A DNA stretch of 64,000 nucleotides from Chloroflexota bacterium (GTDB taxonomy: Bacteria > Chloroflexota > Limnocylindria > Limnocylindrales > CSP1-4), in NCBI GenBank assembly GCA_040389445.1, contig JAZJZX010000003.1:5298-69297 (forward strand), read 5' to 3'. Under the pieces are notes generated by a model. The model was not told where the DNA came from and made no database searches. It saw nothing but the letters and a program-made list of their open reading frames with translations. A program made the translations under genes and the position numbers. Below are positions 8,914 through 18,507 of this stretch, piece after piece. Within the stretch, counting starts at the first letter, position 1. Each line of letters begins with the position of its first letter.

Positions 8914-8988
8914 ACGCGGCAGTACGCGGCGGGACGGACACGGCGGGACGGCGCGGGACCGACGCGGCGTGACGCGGCGCCACGGCGC
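8914..8988. repeat. Degenerate ACGCGGC heptamer array (10-bp/24-bp periodicity) in a divergent promoter region
   Basis: Copies at 8914, 8924, 8938, 8948, 8962, 8972, 8982. Confidence 0.65.
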
Positions 8989-9045
8989 ACACCCGCCACG
9001 CACCGCGCCCCTGGCGGCAGGACGCGATCGCCGGCCCCGTATGCG

Positions 9046-10335
9046 ATGCTCCCGCCCGTGGATTGGTTCGTGCTCTCGTTCGTCGCCCTGGAAGCCATCC
9101 TGATCGCCGTTGCCGTCGGGGTGGCCCTGGCCCGCGGGCGGACCCTCGACGCGATCGCCGAGCGCCTCGTGGATACAGGGGCCGGATCCTCCGTCGGCGC
9201 TCCGCCTCCGGACGACCTGATCGACGCCGTGGCGCGGCTTCGACGACGAGCGGACGCGGCTGAATTCGCGCTCGACCAGCGTCTCCGGGACCTCGCCTAC
9301 CTGGCGGACCTCATCGGGGTGGGCATCGTGCGTCTCAGCGACGACCTCCGGATCGAGGTTGCGAACACTGCGGCGCACGTCTTCCTCCATCGCGGGCCGG
9401 GAACCATGCTGGGTCGGACGGCGATGGAGGCGTTCGGCGACCACCGGATCGAGGGTCTCGCCCAGGAGGCGGCGGACCGTGGCGCGGCGGCCGGAGAGGT
9501 CAGCCTGCGAGACCCCGACGGGCCAACGCTCCTCATCCGCGCCCGCCGCTCGCCGATCCTGGGGATCTGGCTGGTCCTCGAGGACGTCGCCGAGCTCCGA
9601 CGACTACAGCGCATTCGGGCCGAGTTCATCGACAACCTGTCCCACGAGCTGCGCACGCCGATCACGACCATCGGCCTGCTCGCCGAGACCCTGGCCCGGG
9701 ACGCCGATGCGGCAGGGGAGGGGATTCCGACCCGCATGCGCGAACGAATCGGCAAGCTCGAGGTGGAATCGGGCACGGTGGCCCAGATGATCACCGAGCT
9801 CCTGGACCTCGCCCGGATCGAGAGCGGTGGCCGCCAGTTGCACCTGGACGACGTCGACCTCGGACGCCTCGCCGAGGAGACCGTGGAGCGACTCCGGCCC
9901 TTCGCCGACCGACTGCACGTCCGGCTGACGACGGAGGTTGCGCCCGGGCTGCCGTTCGTCGCCGGCGAGGCCGCCCAGCTCGGTCAGGTCTTCGCCAACC
10001 TCATCCACAACGCCGTGAAGTTCAGCCCGCCGGAATCGACCGTCACGGTCACGGTCCGGGTGGCCGGCGACCAGGTCGAGGCAGCCGTCGTCGACGAGGG
10101 GATCGGGATCGCGGCCACTGACCTGCCGCGGATCTTCGAGCGCTTCTACAAGGCAGATCGGTCGCGAACGGCGGGTGGCGGCACGGGCCTCGGTCTGGCC
10201 ATTGCCCGACACATCGTGGAGGGCCATGGCGGCCACCTGACGGCGCGTTCCGAGGAGGGCGCCGGTGCGACGTTCATCATGACGCTGCCGATGGCCGCCA
10301 CCGCCCGGCAACCAGCACTGATCCGAGGAGACTGA
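9046..10335 (+). CDS. Sensor histidine kinase (SenX3/PhoR-like, PAS-HisKA-HATPase)
   Basis: NLSHELRTPI H-box; NLIHNAVKFS; DEGIGI; FERFYKAD; GGTGLGLAI. Confidence 0.93.
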   Translation: MLPPVDWFVLSFVALEAILIAVAVGVALARGRTLDAIAERLVDTGAGSSVGAPPPDDLIDAVARLRRRADAAEFALDQRLRDLAYLADLIGVGIVRLSDDLRIEVANTAAHVFLHRGPGTMLGRTAMEAFGDHRIEGLAQEAADRGAAAGEVSLRDPDGPTLLIRARRSPILGIWLVLEDVAELRRLQRIRAEFIDNLSHELRTPITTIGLLAETLARDADAAGEGIPTRMRERIGKLEVESGTVAQMITELLDLARIESGGRQLHLDDVDLGRLAEETVERLRPFADRLHVRLTTEVAPGLPFVAGEAAQLGQVFANLIHNAVKFSPPESTVTVTVRVAGDQVEAAVVDEGIGIAATDLPRIFERFYKADRSRTAGGGTGLGLAIARHIVEGHGGHLTARSEEGAGATFIMTLPMAATARQPALIRGD

Positions 10336-11084
10336 TGCAGCACCTGGATGTCGCGACCCTCAACCTCCGGAACATCGCGGACCGCTGGCCTGAGCGGCTC
10401 CCGCTCCTGCTCTCCGACATGGCGGCCATCCAGCCGGACCTGCTGGGTCTGCAGGAATGCGTCTTCGCGATCGGGCAGGACCGGCTGCTGGGAGCCGCCG
10501 GCGACGCCCGCTACACGATCCACCGGGGTTGGGCGGGACGTCCCGAGTACGGCAACAGCGTGCTCGTCCGGGAGACGCTGACGGCCGGAGATGCCGAGCG
10601 CCTGGACCTCGGTCGACACCGTTCGGCGCTCCGGGTTCCGGTGAAGGTCGCGGACGGGCCCGCGATCGCGATGGTCGTCACGCACCTGCATCACGTTCCC
10701 GCCGATGAAGGCGAGCGCGAGGACCAGGCCCGGGCGCTCGTCTCGTGGCTGGCCGAGCGACCCGCCGCCGGCGGCATGATCGTCGTCGGCGATTTCAACG
10801 CCGAGCCGGTCGAGGCGACCTACCGGATCATGGTCGAGGCAGGCTTCCGGTCCGCCCACGCCGAGGCCAACGGGGCGGAACCCCCGGTCACCTGGCCCTC
10901 GGGGATCCAGGCCCCGGGCATGGATACGGACGGGGACCCCGGCTGCCTCGACTACATCTGGCTGCACGGACCACTTCGGGCTGCCGCGTGCCGGCTCGCG
11001 TGGGACCGACCCGCCGTCGACGATCCGACGCTGTACCCCTCGGATCACCTGGGACTGGTGGCGCGTCTCGCGCTCGGCTCATGA
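10335..11084 (+). CDS. Endonuclease/exonuclease/phosphatase (EEP) family protein
   Basis: LNLRN, GLQE, THL, GDFN, LDYI, PSDH motifs. Confidence 0.88.
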   Translation: MQHLDVATLNLRNIADRWPERLPLLLSDMAAIQPDLLGLQECVFAIGQDRLLGAAGDARYTIHRGWAGRPEYGNSVLVRETLTAGDAERLDLGRHRSALRVPVKVADGPAIAMVVTHLHHVPADEGEREDQARALVSWLAERPAAGGMIVVGDFNAEPVEATYRIMVEAGFRSAHAEANGAEPPVTWPSGIQAPGMDTDGDPGCLDYIWLHGPLRAAACRLAWDRPAVDDPTLYPSDHLGLVARLALGS

Positions 11085-11749
11085 GCGTGGCCCGCGCACT
11101 GCGCCTCGCCCACCGGGGTGACTGGCGGGTTGGGCCCGAGAATTCCCTCGCGGCCATGCGAGCGGCCCTCGCCAACCCGGCATGTGACGGCCTCGAGTTC
11201 GACGTCCGCGGCTCCCGCGAGGGGATCCCGATCCTCCTCCACGACGAGACGCTGGCCCGCGTCCAGGGCCGGCCGGAGCGACCCGGGCACCTGTCCGTCG
11301 CCGAGCTCGCCGCGGCCGGGATTCCGACGCTCGCCGAGGTGCTCGGCCTGGCCGGGCCGGGCCCGTTCCTCGACGTCGAACTGAAGGGCGAGCCGGTGCC
11401 CGACGTGGTGCCGGTGCTCGAGGCGGCCCGCGGGCCGGTGCTCGCGCGAACCGTTGTCTCGTCGTTCGAGCCCGAGACGCTGGGATGGCTGGGCCTTCTC
11501 CGGCCGCGCTGGCCTCGCTGGCTGAACGCGGAGGATCTGACCCCGCACACCATCGGGCTGGCGCACGACCTCGGATGTCGGGGCCTGTCCGTGGACTGGC
11601 GTGCCATCACCGCCGGCGGCATGTCGAGAGCGACTGCCTCCGGCCTCGAGGTCGCCGCCTGGACGGTGCGTCGTCGCTCGACCGCCGCTCGGCTCGAGCG
11701 CCTCGGCGTGATCGGGATCTGTGTCGAGGCCGCCGCGCTCGACGGCTGA
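11081..11749 (+). CDS. Glycerophosphodiester phosphodiesterase (GDPD family)
   Basis: AHRG...PENSLAA, LEFDV, LLHD, DVELK, AAWTV; ATGA overlap at 11081. Confidence 0.9.
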   Translation: MSVARALRLAHRGDWRVGPENSLAAMRAALANPACDGLEFDVRGSREGIPILLHDETLARVQGRPERPGHLSVAELAAAGIPTLAEVLGLAGPGPFLDVELKGEPVPDVVPVLEAARGPVLARTVVSSFEPETLGWLGLLRPRWPRWLNAEDLTPHTIGLAHDLGCRGLSVDWRAITAGGMSRATASGLEVAAWTVRRRSTAARLERLGVIGICVEAAALDG

Positions 11750-11816
11750 TCGAGAGCGGACCCGGGAACGGCTTCGGGTGATGTGCTCCCTCGCATCGCT
11801 CGCGACGAGCCTGGCG

Positions 11817-12722
11817 TCAGCAGCACGCCCCGCTGCCGCAGCCGCAGGCATCGCTCTCGACGACGGCCAACGCCCGCGTGGTGGTCGCCGACGGCAGTAC
11901 CTGGGCAAGGCGATCAAGGTCGATGCCCGTCCAGGCGGCGGGCTTCCGGGCCCGGATGATGGCCGAGTGGAGCCCGTCGGCAACGCTGTGCGTGGGCTGG
12001 ATGTCGATGTCGGTCAGCCCCACCGCCTGCAGGCCGTCGCGGAACTCGGTCATCGAGAGGGCCCCGGCGATGCAACCGACGAAACTGCCGCGCTCGGCGC
12101 GGTCCGAGGGCGAGAGGGAGTCCTCGGCCACGACGTCGCTGACCCCCATGCGACCGCCCGGCCGCAGCACGCGCGCAATCTCGGCGAAGACGGCGCCCTT
12201 GTCGGCGGCCAGGTTGATGACGCAGTTGCTGATCACGACATCGACCGAGGCGTCGTCGAGCGGTAGGGTCTCGATGGTGCCCTTGCGGAATTCGACGTTC
12301 TCGATCTTCGCCTCGACGGCATTGCGCCGTGCGAGGTCGAGCATCTCGTCGGTCATGTCCACGCCGATCGCGCGGCCGGTCGGGCCCACGCGCCGTGCGG
12401 AAAGCAGGACATCGATGCCGCCGCCCGACCCGAGGTCCAGGACGGTCTCCCCGGGCTGGAGTTCCGCCACCGCCGTGGGATTGCCGCACCCGAGCGAGGC
12501 GAGGACCGCTGCATCGGGCAGCTCGGCGCGGTCGTCCGGTGTGTAGAGGAGGGAGCCGAACACCACGCGGCCATCGTCCGTACAGCAGGAGTCAAGGGCT
12601 TCGGAGCGTTCGCCGTCGGGGCCGGAGCCGGCCACCCGGGCGGCCTCGGCATACCGTGCCTTGACCGCCCCATGGATGTCGTCAATCGGTGTGGACGCGG
12701 TCAATTCGGTCACGGGGATCAT
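11817..12722 (-). CDS. arsM: Arsenite methyltransferase
   Basis: [35 protein letters not shown]: all canonical Cys present; divergent from arsR; SD GAGGAGG. Confidence 0.92.
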   Translation of the reverse strand: MIPVTELTASTPIDDIHGAVKARYAEAARVAGSGPDGERSEALDSCCTDDGRVVFGSLLYTPDDRAELPDAAVLASLGCGNPTAVAELQPGETVLDLGSGGGIDVLLSARRVGPTGRAIGVDMTDEMLDLARRNAVEAKIENVEFRKGTIETLPLDDASVDVVISNCVINLAADKGAVFAEIARVLRPGGRMGVSDVVAEDSLSPSDRAERGSFVGCIAGALSMTEFRDGLQAVGLTDIDIQPTHSVADGLHSAIIRARKPAAWTGIDLDRLAQVLPSATTTRALAVVESDACGCGSGACC

Positions 12723-12780
12723 CGGGCCTCCTCGGGTGTTCACACGGGCATCAACGCAATCGCGATCATCGTGCCCTGGT

Positions 12781-12840
12781 ATCGATGGCTATCAATATGA
12801 GGGCACATATAGACCCTTGTCAATATCGAAAGCTGTCGAA
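12781..12840. promoter_or_regulatory. Two ArsR/SmtB-type operator palindromes
   Basis: ATCGA-N6-TCAAT at 12781-12796 and ATCGA-N6-TCGAA at 12825-12840, in an AT-rich gap between divergent arsM and arsR; TAGACT -10 at 12841. Confidence 0.65.
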
Positions 12841-12852
12841 TAGACTTCGGGC

Positions 12853-13218
12853 ATGAAGCGCTCCCTCGACCCCGACGTCCAGCTGCTCGCAGCGCTCGCG
12901 GATCCGGTTCGGCTGACCATCGTCCGCCAGTTGGCCGACTGCGACGGGATCTGCGCCTGCGACTTCACCGACGCCTGCCGCGTCTCCCAGCCGACGGTGT
13001 CTCATCACCTGCGGGTCCTGCGCGAAGCGGGCGTCGTGACCTCCGAACGGCGCGGTTCCCAGATCTACTACCGCCTGGCCGCGACGGCCATCGGGCGGCT
13101 CGGTGCCATGGCACGCGAACTGGTCCCCGGCGATTTCGTGCCGGCCGGTGATCTTGTTCGGCGCAGCCGCACCACGGTGCCCCTGCTCAGCCCCGAGGGC
13201 CGTCCAGCTCCGCAGTGA
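12853..13218 (+). CDS. arsR: ArsR/SmtB-family metalloregulator
   Basis: ALADPVRL, ICACDF (alpha3 Cys), SQPTVSHHLRVL, RRGSQIYYRL. Confidence 0.9.
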   Translation: MKRSLDPDVQLLAALADPVRLTIVRQLADCDGICACDFTDACRVSQPTVSHHLRVLREAGVVTSERRGSQIYYRLAATAIGRLGAMARELVPGDFVPAGDLVRRSRTTVPLLSPEGRPAPQ

Positions 13219-13636
13219 CGAACCCCTCGGCCCACGCCTCGATCTCGTCGCGGATGCGGCGGAACGCGAACAGCCGATCTGCCTCGGTTCCAACGGCGGC
13301 AGCGGGATCCTCGAAGCCGGCGTGGACCCGGCGTCCACCGCCGGGAAAGACCGGACACGCCTCCGCAGCGTCATCGCAGACCGTGATGACGACGTCGAAG
13401 GGCCGATCGAGGAACTCGGTCATGGACCGGGACTTCGCGGCCGACCAGTCGATTCCGCGCTCGGCGAGGACCTGGATCGTCATCGGATGGACCGTCGACG
13501 GGTGCGTGCCGGCCGAGGCCACCGCCACCCTCGGCCCGCCGGCCCGGGCGAGGAACGCCTCGGCCATCTGGCTCCGGCAGCTGTTGCCGGTGCACAGGAC
13601 AAGCATGCGAACCGGGCCGCCTGTTTGACTGTTCAT
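13187..13636 (-). CDS. arsC: Arsenate reductase, LMW-PTP fold (thioredoxin-coupled type)
   Basis: CTGNSCRSQMAE P-loop; TVCDDAAEACP; FEDP; FRRIRDEI. Confidence 0.9.
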   Translation of the reverse strand: MNSQTGGPVRMLVLCTGNSCRSQMAEAFLARAGGPRVAVASAGTHPSTVHPMTIQVLAERGIDWSAAKSRSMTEFLDRPFDVVITVCDDAAEACPVFPGGGRRVHAGFEDPAAAVGTEADRLFAFRRIRDEIEAWAEGFVTAELDGPRG

Positions 13637-13646
13637 GACCCACATC

Positions 13647-14366
13647 CTACGGGTTGAGGTCCTCGACGCGCCCGGTCGCCAGATGAACGACATCCTCGGC
13701 GATGTTCGTGACCCGATCGCCGATCCGCTCGAGCCAGTGGGCCACGAGAATCGTTCGCGTGCCGCGCTCGACGGCGTCGGGGTCCGCCTGCATCTCCGCA
13801 ACCGCGGTCGTGAACACGCGGCTGTACCCATGATCGATCTCGTCATCCCCGGCGGCCACGGTACGGGCCGCCTCGCTGTCCGCGTCCACCAGCGCGCGCA
13901 GGATCCCGCCGACGAGCGAAGCCGCCAGGTCACCCATTCTGGCGAGCTCGGTTGCCGCCGGGACCGGCGCCCCGTCGGGCATCCGCCGGACCTGCTTCGC
14001 CACTCCGACCGCGTGGTCACCGATCCGCTCCAGTTCGGAGGCCACGTGGTTCAGGGCCAGGAGGAACCGCAGGTCCCGGGCCACCGGCGACTGCGTCGCG
14101 ATCGTGATGGCGATGAGGTCCGTGACCTGGCGCTGCATCCCGTTGATCTCGGCGTCGCCGGCGATGACGGACTCCGCCAGCACGCCGTCCCGCGCGACAA
14201 ATGCGCGGATCGCGCTGGCGATCTGGCGCTCGACCCTCGACCCCATGCGCAGCACCGCATCCTTGATCTGGCGCTCCTCGCGGTCGAGGGTGCCGCGGGA
14301 CGGGAGGCCCGGCACGCCACCGACCGCGCCCTCGCGCACGGGATCGCTCGTCGGTCGATCCATCAC
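13647..14366 (-). CDS. phoU: Phosphate signalling protein PhoU
   Basis: [32 protein letters not shown]. Confidence 0.95.
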   Translation of the reverse strand: MMDRPTSDPVREGAVGGVPGLPSRGTLDREERQIKDAVLRMGSRVERQIASAIRAFVARDGVLAESVIAGDAEINGMQRQVTDLIAITIATQSPVARDLRFLLALNHVASELERIGDHAVGVAKQVRRMPDGAPVPAATELARMGDLAASLVGGILRALVDADSEAARTVAAGDDEIDHGYSRVFTTAVAEMQADPDAVERGTRTILVAHWLERIGDRVTNIAEDVVHLATGRVEDLNP

Positions 14367-15322
14367 CCGAACCGCCCGGATACGTAGTCCTCAGTCAAAC
14401 GCTGCTCGGGGTTGGTGAACATCTGGAGCGTGGGGCCGCGCTCCACGACATACCCGGAACGATCGTCGGCCATCGTCATGAAGATGGTCGTGCTCGAGGC
14501 GCGCGCCGCCTGCTGCATGTTGTGGGTCACGATGACGATCGTGAACTCCCGCGACAGCTCGGCCATCAGCTCCTCGATCTGGAGCGTCGCCCGAGGGTCG
14601 AGCGCGGAGCACGGCTCGTCCATGAGGATGACCTCCGGATCCGTCGCGATCGTCCGGGCGATGCACAGGCGCTGCTGCTGCCCGCCCGATAGCGACAGCC
14701 CGGACTGGCGGAGCTTGTCCTTGACCTCGTCCCACAGGGCCGCCCTCCGGAGGCTCCGTTCGACGAGCTCGTCGAGGTTGCCCTTGAAGCCGTTGACCCG
14801 CGGCCCGAAGGCGACGTTGTCGTAGATGGACTTCGGGAACGGATTCGGCTTCTGGAAGACCATCCCCACCCGGCGGCGCACGACCACCGGGTCCACGCCG
14901 CGTCCATAGACGTCCGTGCCGTCGAGCGCCACACGACCCTCGAGGCGGAAGGTCGGCACGAGGTCGTTCATCCGGTTCATCGTCCGGAGGAGGGTGGACT
15001 TTCCGCAGCCCGACGGGCCGATGAGCGCGGTGACCTGGCGCCGCTCGATCTCCAGCGATACGTCCCGGATGGCGCGGAAGTCGCCATACCAGCACGAGAC
15101 GCCGTCCAGTCGAAGCGCGGGTGCGGGCGCCAGCCCGGGCGCCGGCCCGGACGCCGGTCCGGTCGGCCCGGATCCGGTCGCCGGTCCGGTCGGCCCGGAC
15201 GCACCTGGATCCGTGGCACGCTGCGTCGGGAGCGCGGCGATTCGGATGGGCACGCCCGGTCGGGGCACGCCGGTCGGGGCAGGAGGTGGGGCGGCGACCG
15301 TCACGGGGATCTCCTTCTCCAT
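14363..15322 (-). CDS. pstB: Phosphate ABC transporter ATPase with low-complexity N-terminal extension
   Basis: [48 protein letters not shown]. Confidence 0.96.
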   Translation of the reverse strand: MEKEIPVTVAAPPPAPTGVPRPGVPIRIAALPTQRATDPGASGPTGPATGSGPTGPASGPAPGLAPAPALRLDGVSCWYGDFRAIRDVSLEIERRQVTALIGPSGCGKSTLLRTMNRMNDLVPTFRLEGRVALDGTDVYGRGVDPVVVRRRVGMVFQKPNPFPKSIYDNVAFGPRVNGFKGNLDELVERSLRRAALWDEVKDKLRQSGLSLSGGQQQRLCIARTIATDPEVILMDEPCSALDPRATLQIEELMAELSREFTIVIVTHNMQQAARASSTTIFMTMADDRSGYVVERGPTLQMFTNPEQRLTEDYVSGRFG

Positions 15323-15327
15323 CACGA

Positions 15328-16290
15328 CTACCAGGTGAGGTGCCGCGACAGGCGGGCACGGATGACGATGGCGGCGGCATTGAGGACCAGCATCAGGGTC
15401 ATCAGAACGGTGATCGCCGCCGCCGCGAGGGACTGGAAGTCCTCGCGCGGGTCGCCGGCCCACTGGAAGATCTGGATCGGGAGCACGGTGTAGCCGGATG
15501 CGATCGGGTTGGGCAGGAACGTCACGAAGGTCACAGCGCCGACGAGGATGAGCGGCGCGGTCTCGCCGATGGCGCGGGCCATCGCGAGGATGATCCCGGT
15601 GAGGATTCCCGGACCGGCGGCCGGCAGCACGGACCCGCGGACCACCTGCCAGCGGCTGCCGCCGAGCGCAAAGGCCGCCTCCCGCTGGGCCCGGGGCACG
15701 GCCCGCAGCGCCTCCATCGAGGCAATGATCACGACCGGCAGGATCAGCAGCGACAGGGTCAGCGCCCCGGCGAGGAGCGTGAACCCGAGCCCGAGCCCGC
15801 GCACGAACAGGGCCAGGCCGAAGATCCCGTACACGATCGAGGGCACCCCGGCGAGGTTGGCGATGTTCGTCCGGAGCAGCCGGTTGAACCGACTGTCCGT
15901 TGCGTACTCCTCCAGGTGGATGGCCGCGGCCACGCCGACCGGGAAGGTGATGAGTCCCACGAGCAGGGCGATCTCGATGGAGCCGACGAGGGCCGGGAGG
16001 ACGCCGGCGCGTTCCGCCCGGCGCGACGGCGTGCCGGTCAGGAACTGCGTGTCCAGCCAAGGCAGCCCGCGCGACAGGATGTCCCACAGGAGGACGACCA
16101 GGGTCAGGAGCAGCACGCCCACCGCGAGCAGGGACAGGCCCAGGAAGACGGTGCCCTTGAGCTTGCGGCGCATGAGGTTGGGTTCGAACCGGGCGGGCGC
16201 GGAGCCGGACGCGGCGGCCCGCGCGGATCCCGACGCAGATCCCGACGCGGACCCCGACGCAAAGCCGGGCGCGGAGCCGGGCGCGGCCAT
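15328..16290 (-). CDS. pstA: Phosphate ABC transporter permease
   Basis: [27 protein letters not shown]. Confidence 0.95.
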   Translation of the reverse strand: MAAPGSAPGFASGSASGSASGSARAAASGSAPARFEPNLMRRKLKGTVFLGLSLLAVGVLLLTLVVLLWDILSRGLPWLDTQFLTGTPSRRAERAGVLPALVGSIEIALLVGLITFPVGVAAAIHLEEYATDSRFNRLLRTNIANLAGVPSIVYGIFGLALFVRGLGLGFTLLAGALTLSLLILPVVIIASMEALRAVPRAQREAAFALGGSRWQVVRGSVLPAAGPGILTGIILAMARAIGETAPLILVGAVTFVTFLPNPIASGYTVLPIQIFQWAGDPREDFQSLAAAAITVLMTLMLVLNAAAIVIRARLSRHLTW

Positions 16291-17201
16291 CAGTAGTGGT
16301 TCCGGAAGCGGGCGACCACGCGGTCGCTCAGGAGGTTGAGCGCGAGCGTGATCAGGAACAGCGTCGCCCCGACAGCGAAGAGTGCCTTGAACTGGAGCGA
16401 TCCGGCAGGCGTGTCCCCGAGGCTGATCTGGACGATGAAGGCGGTCATCGTCTGGACGCTCTCGCGGACGTCGAAGGTGAGCTGCGGGTTCGCGCCGACG
16501 GCGAGGACCACGGCCATCGTCTCGCCGACCGCCCGGCTCATCGCCAGGATGATCGAGGCCATGATGCCGGACAGCGCAGCCGGGACCACCACGCGCCGGA
16601 CGGTTTCGAACCGGGTCGCGCCCATGGCGACGGCTCCCTCGCGCAGGGCGCCCGGGACCGCCCGCATGGCGTCCTCGGAGAGCGTGGCGATCAACGGCGT
16701 CACCAGGATCCCCACCACGATCCCGCCCGCGAGCACGGAGAAGCCCCCGATCCCCGGAACGAGCGCCTTCAGGAGGACCGGGGAGATGAAGTTGATCGCG
16801 AAGTAGCCGAGCACGACGGTGGGAATTCCCGCGATCAGCTCGAGGATGGGCTTGAGGGTCGTCCGGACCCGCGGGGAGGCGTACTCGGCCAGGTAGACGC
16901 CCGACAGCAGCCCGAGCGGGATTGCGATGACAAGGGCGAGCCCGGCAACGAGCAGCGTCCCGGTGACGAGGGGCAGGACGCCGAAGCGGAAGGGCTTGAT
17001 GGATGCCGACCAGACGGTACCGGTGAGGTAGTCGAGCGCCGGGATCGCACGGAAGAACTCGACGGCCTCGAAGGCGAGAACCGCGACGATCCCGACGGTC
17101 GTCAGGATGCCCACCGCCGCAGACAGGAACAGGAACGCCTCGACGAGGCGCTCGTGGATCGGCGTCTGACGAACGAAGGATGCTGGAGCGGCGGCGGTCA
17201 T
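16290..17201 (-). CDS. pstC: Phosphate ABC transporter permease
   Basis: [32 protein letters not shown]. Confidence 0.95.
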   Translation of the reverse strand: MTAAAPASFVRQTPIHERLVEAFLFLSAAVGILTTVGIVAVLAFEAVEFFRAIPALDYLTGTVWSASIKPFRFGVLPLVTGTLLVAGLALVIAIPLGLLSGVYLAEYASPRVRTTLKPILELIAGIPTVVLGYFAINFISPVLLKALVPGIGGFSVLAGGIVVGILVTPLIATLSEDAMRAVPGALREGAVAMGATRFETVRRVVVPAALSGIMASIILAMSRAVGETMAVVLAVGANPQLTFDVRESVQTMTAFIVQISLGDTPAGSLQFKALFAVGATLFLITLALNLLSDRVVARFRNHY

Positions 17202-17255
17202 GGGCTCCTCACGTTCACGGGCGGTGCCGGGATGGCCGCCCTCGGAAGGGAGTGA

Positions 17256-17288
17256 CGCCCCGCCCGACTCCGCGTTCGGGTCGGGGCG
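17256..17288. terminator. GC-rich intercistronic stem-loop between pstS and pstC (stabiliser or attenuator)
   Basis: CGCCCCG-CCCGA ... TCGGG-TCGGGGCG complementary arms; no U tract. Confidence 0.5.
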
Positions 17289-17307
17289 CCGGAGGAGAAG
17301 GGATGGG

Positions 17308-18369
17308 CTACTTCAGGGCGGCCGCCAGGGCGGCCTTCGCGGCGGTCAGCTCATCGGCCGGGAGCGGCACGTAGCCGACCTCGACGACGAACGCGTTCAC
17401 GTTGGCGAGGTAATAGGTGAAGTAGGCGGCGACCTCGGGTCGGGCGAGGGCCTGCGCGGACGGGTAGACGAAGAGCGGTCGCGAGAGCGGCGCGTAGGTG
17501 CCGTCCTTGATCGTCTCGATGGACGGGCTGACGCAGCCGCCGCCGCTGTCGATCGGGACGAGCTTGAGCTTGTCCGCGTTCTCCTCGAAGTAGGCGAACC
17601 CGAAGTAGCCCAGTCCGTTGTCATCGTTGGCGACGCCCTGGACGAGGGCGTTGTCGTCCTCGCTGGGCGTGTAGTCGGAGCGGCTCCGCTTGGCTTCGCC
17701 GTTGACGACCTCGGTGAAGTAGTCGAACGTGCCCGAGTCGGCACCCGGGCCGAAGAGTTCGATCTTCCTGGCCGGCCAGCCCGCGCGAACGTCCGCCCAG
17801 GTGTTCACCGTGCTGCCCTGGTCCCAGATCGCCTTGAGCTCAGCCGTGGTCAGGCAGTCGACGAAGTCGTTGGCGGGATTGACGACGACGGACAAGCCGT
17901 CGTAGGCGACCTTCAGTTCCACCGGCTCGATGCCGGCGTTCGCGCACAGCGTCGCCTCGGACAGCTCGTCGTCGGCGGTGCCGAGCTGGCCGTCCGCGCC
18001 CGGCTTGTCCGTGGCCTTGATCGGGCGGGAGGCGTCGTTGGCGTCGGTGGCGTCGGCCCCTTTCGAGCAGAACTTCTTGAATCCCCCTCCGGTCCCGGAA
18101 AACGCCACGGTGACCTTGACATCCGGGTTCTCGATCTGGAACTCCTCGGCGACGGCCGCCGTGATCGGGTAGACGGTCGAGGAACCGTCGATGGCGATCT
18201 CGCCGCTGAGCGGCTCGGGCTGGGAGCCGGTGGAGCCGGGAGCGGTGCTGGCTCCGGGGCTGTCGCCGGTGCCGCTGCTGCTGGCGCCGGTGCCGCCGCC
18301 ACAGGCGGCGAGCGCGACGACGGCTCCGAGCAGGATGGCGATTCGACGTCCGGTCTGACGGTGGGTCAC
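17308..18369 (-). CDS. pstS: Phosphate-binding lipoprotein
   Basis: GTG start after GGAGG; lipobox LAAC; [35 protein letters not shown]-like YAPLSRPLF. Confidence 0.95.
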   Translation of the reverse strand: MTHRQTGRRIAILLGAVVALAACGGGTGASSSGTGDSPGASTAPGSTGSQPEPLSGEIAIDGSSTVYPITAAVAEEFQIENPDVKVTVAFSGTGGGFKKFCSKGADATDANDASRPIKATDKPGADGQLGTADDELSEATLCANAGIEPVELKVAYDGLSVVVNPANDFVDCLTTAELKAIWDQGSTVNTWADVRAGWPARKIELFGPGADSGTFDYFTEVVNGEAKRSRSDYTPSEDDNALVQGVANDDNGLGYFGFAYFEENADKLKLVPIDSGGGCVSPSIETIKDGTYAPLSRPLFVYPSAQALARPEVAAYFTYYLANVNAFVVEVGYVPLPADELTAAKAALAAALK

Positions 18370-18463
18370 GCGGTGGATCCTCCTGATGGCCCGGGACCTG
18401 CCCGGCGGCCGCGCGGCGCGGCGCGACACGATCTGCTGATCTCGACACCAGGAGACTCGACCC

Positions 18464-18507
18464 GTGGGATCAACCCGCCATCGGCGGTGCGTTAACGCTC
18501 CGTGAAC
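18464..18507 (-). promoter_or_regulatory. Candidate actinobacterial-type PHO box (11-nt direct-repeat units) upstream of pstS
   Basis: Minus strand GTTCACGGAGC GTTAACGCACC GCCGATGGCGG GTTGATCCCAC, exact 11-nt register. Confidence 0.65.

Noticed and set aside
4791-12722. Selenocysteine (UGA) recoding in the ArsM-like or OsmC genes
   Set aside because: The relevant positions are TGC Cys codons, and the TGA stops fall at natural domain ends with no conserved continuation
12738-12760. GTTCAC near the arsM start as a PHO box
   Set aside because: Single unit inside the probable arsM leader with no in-register repeat
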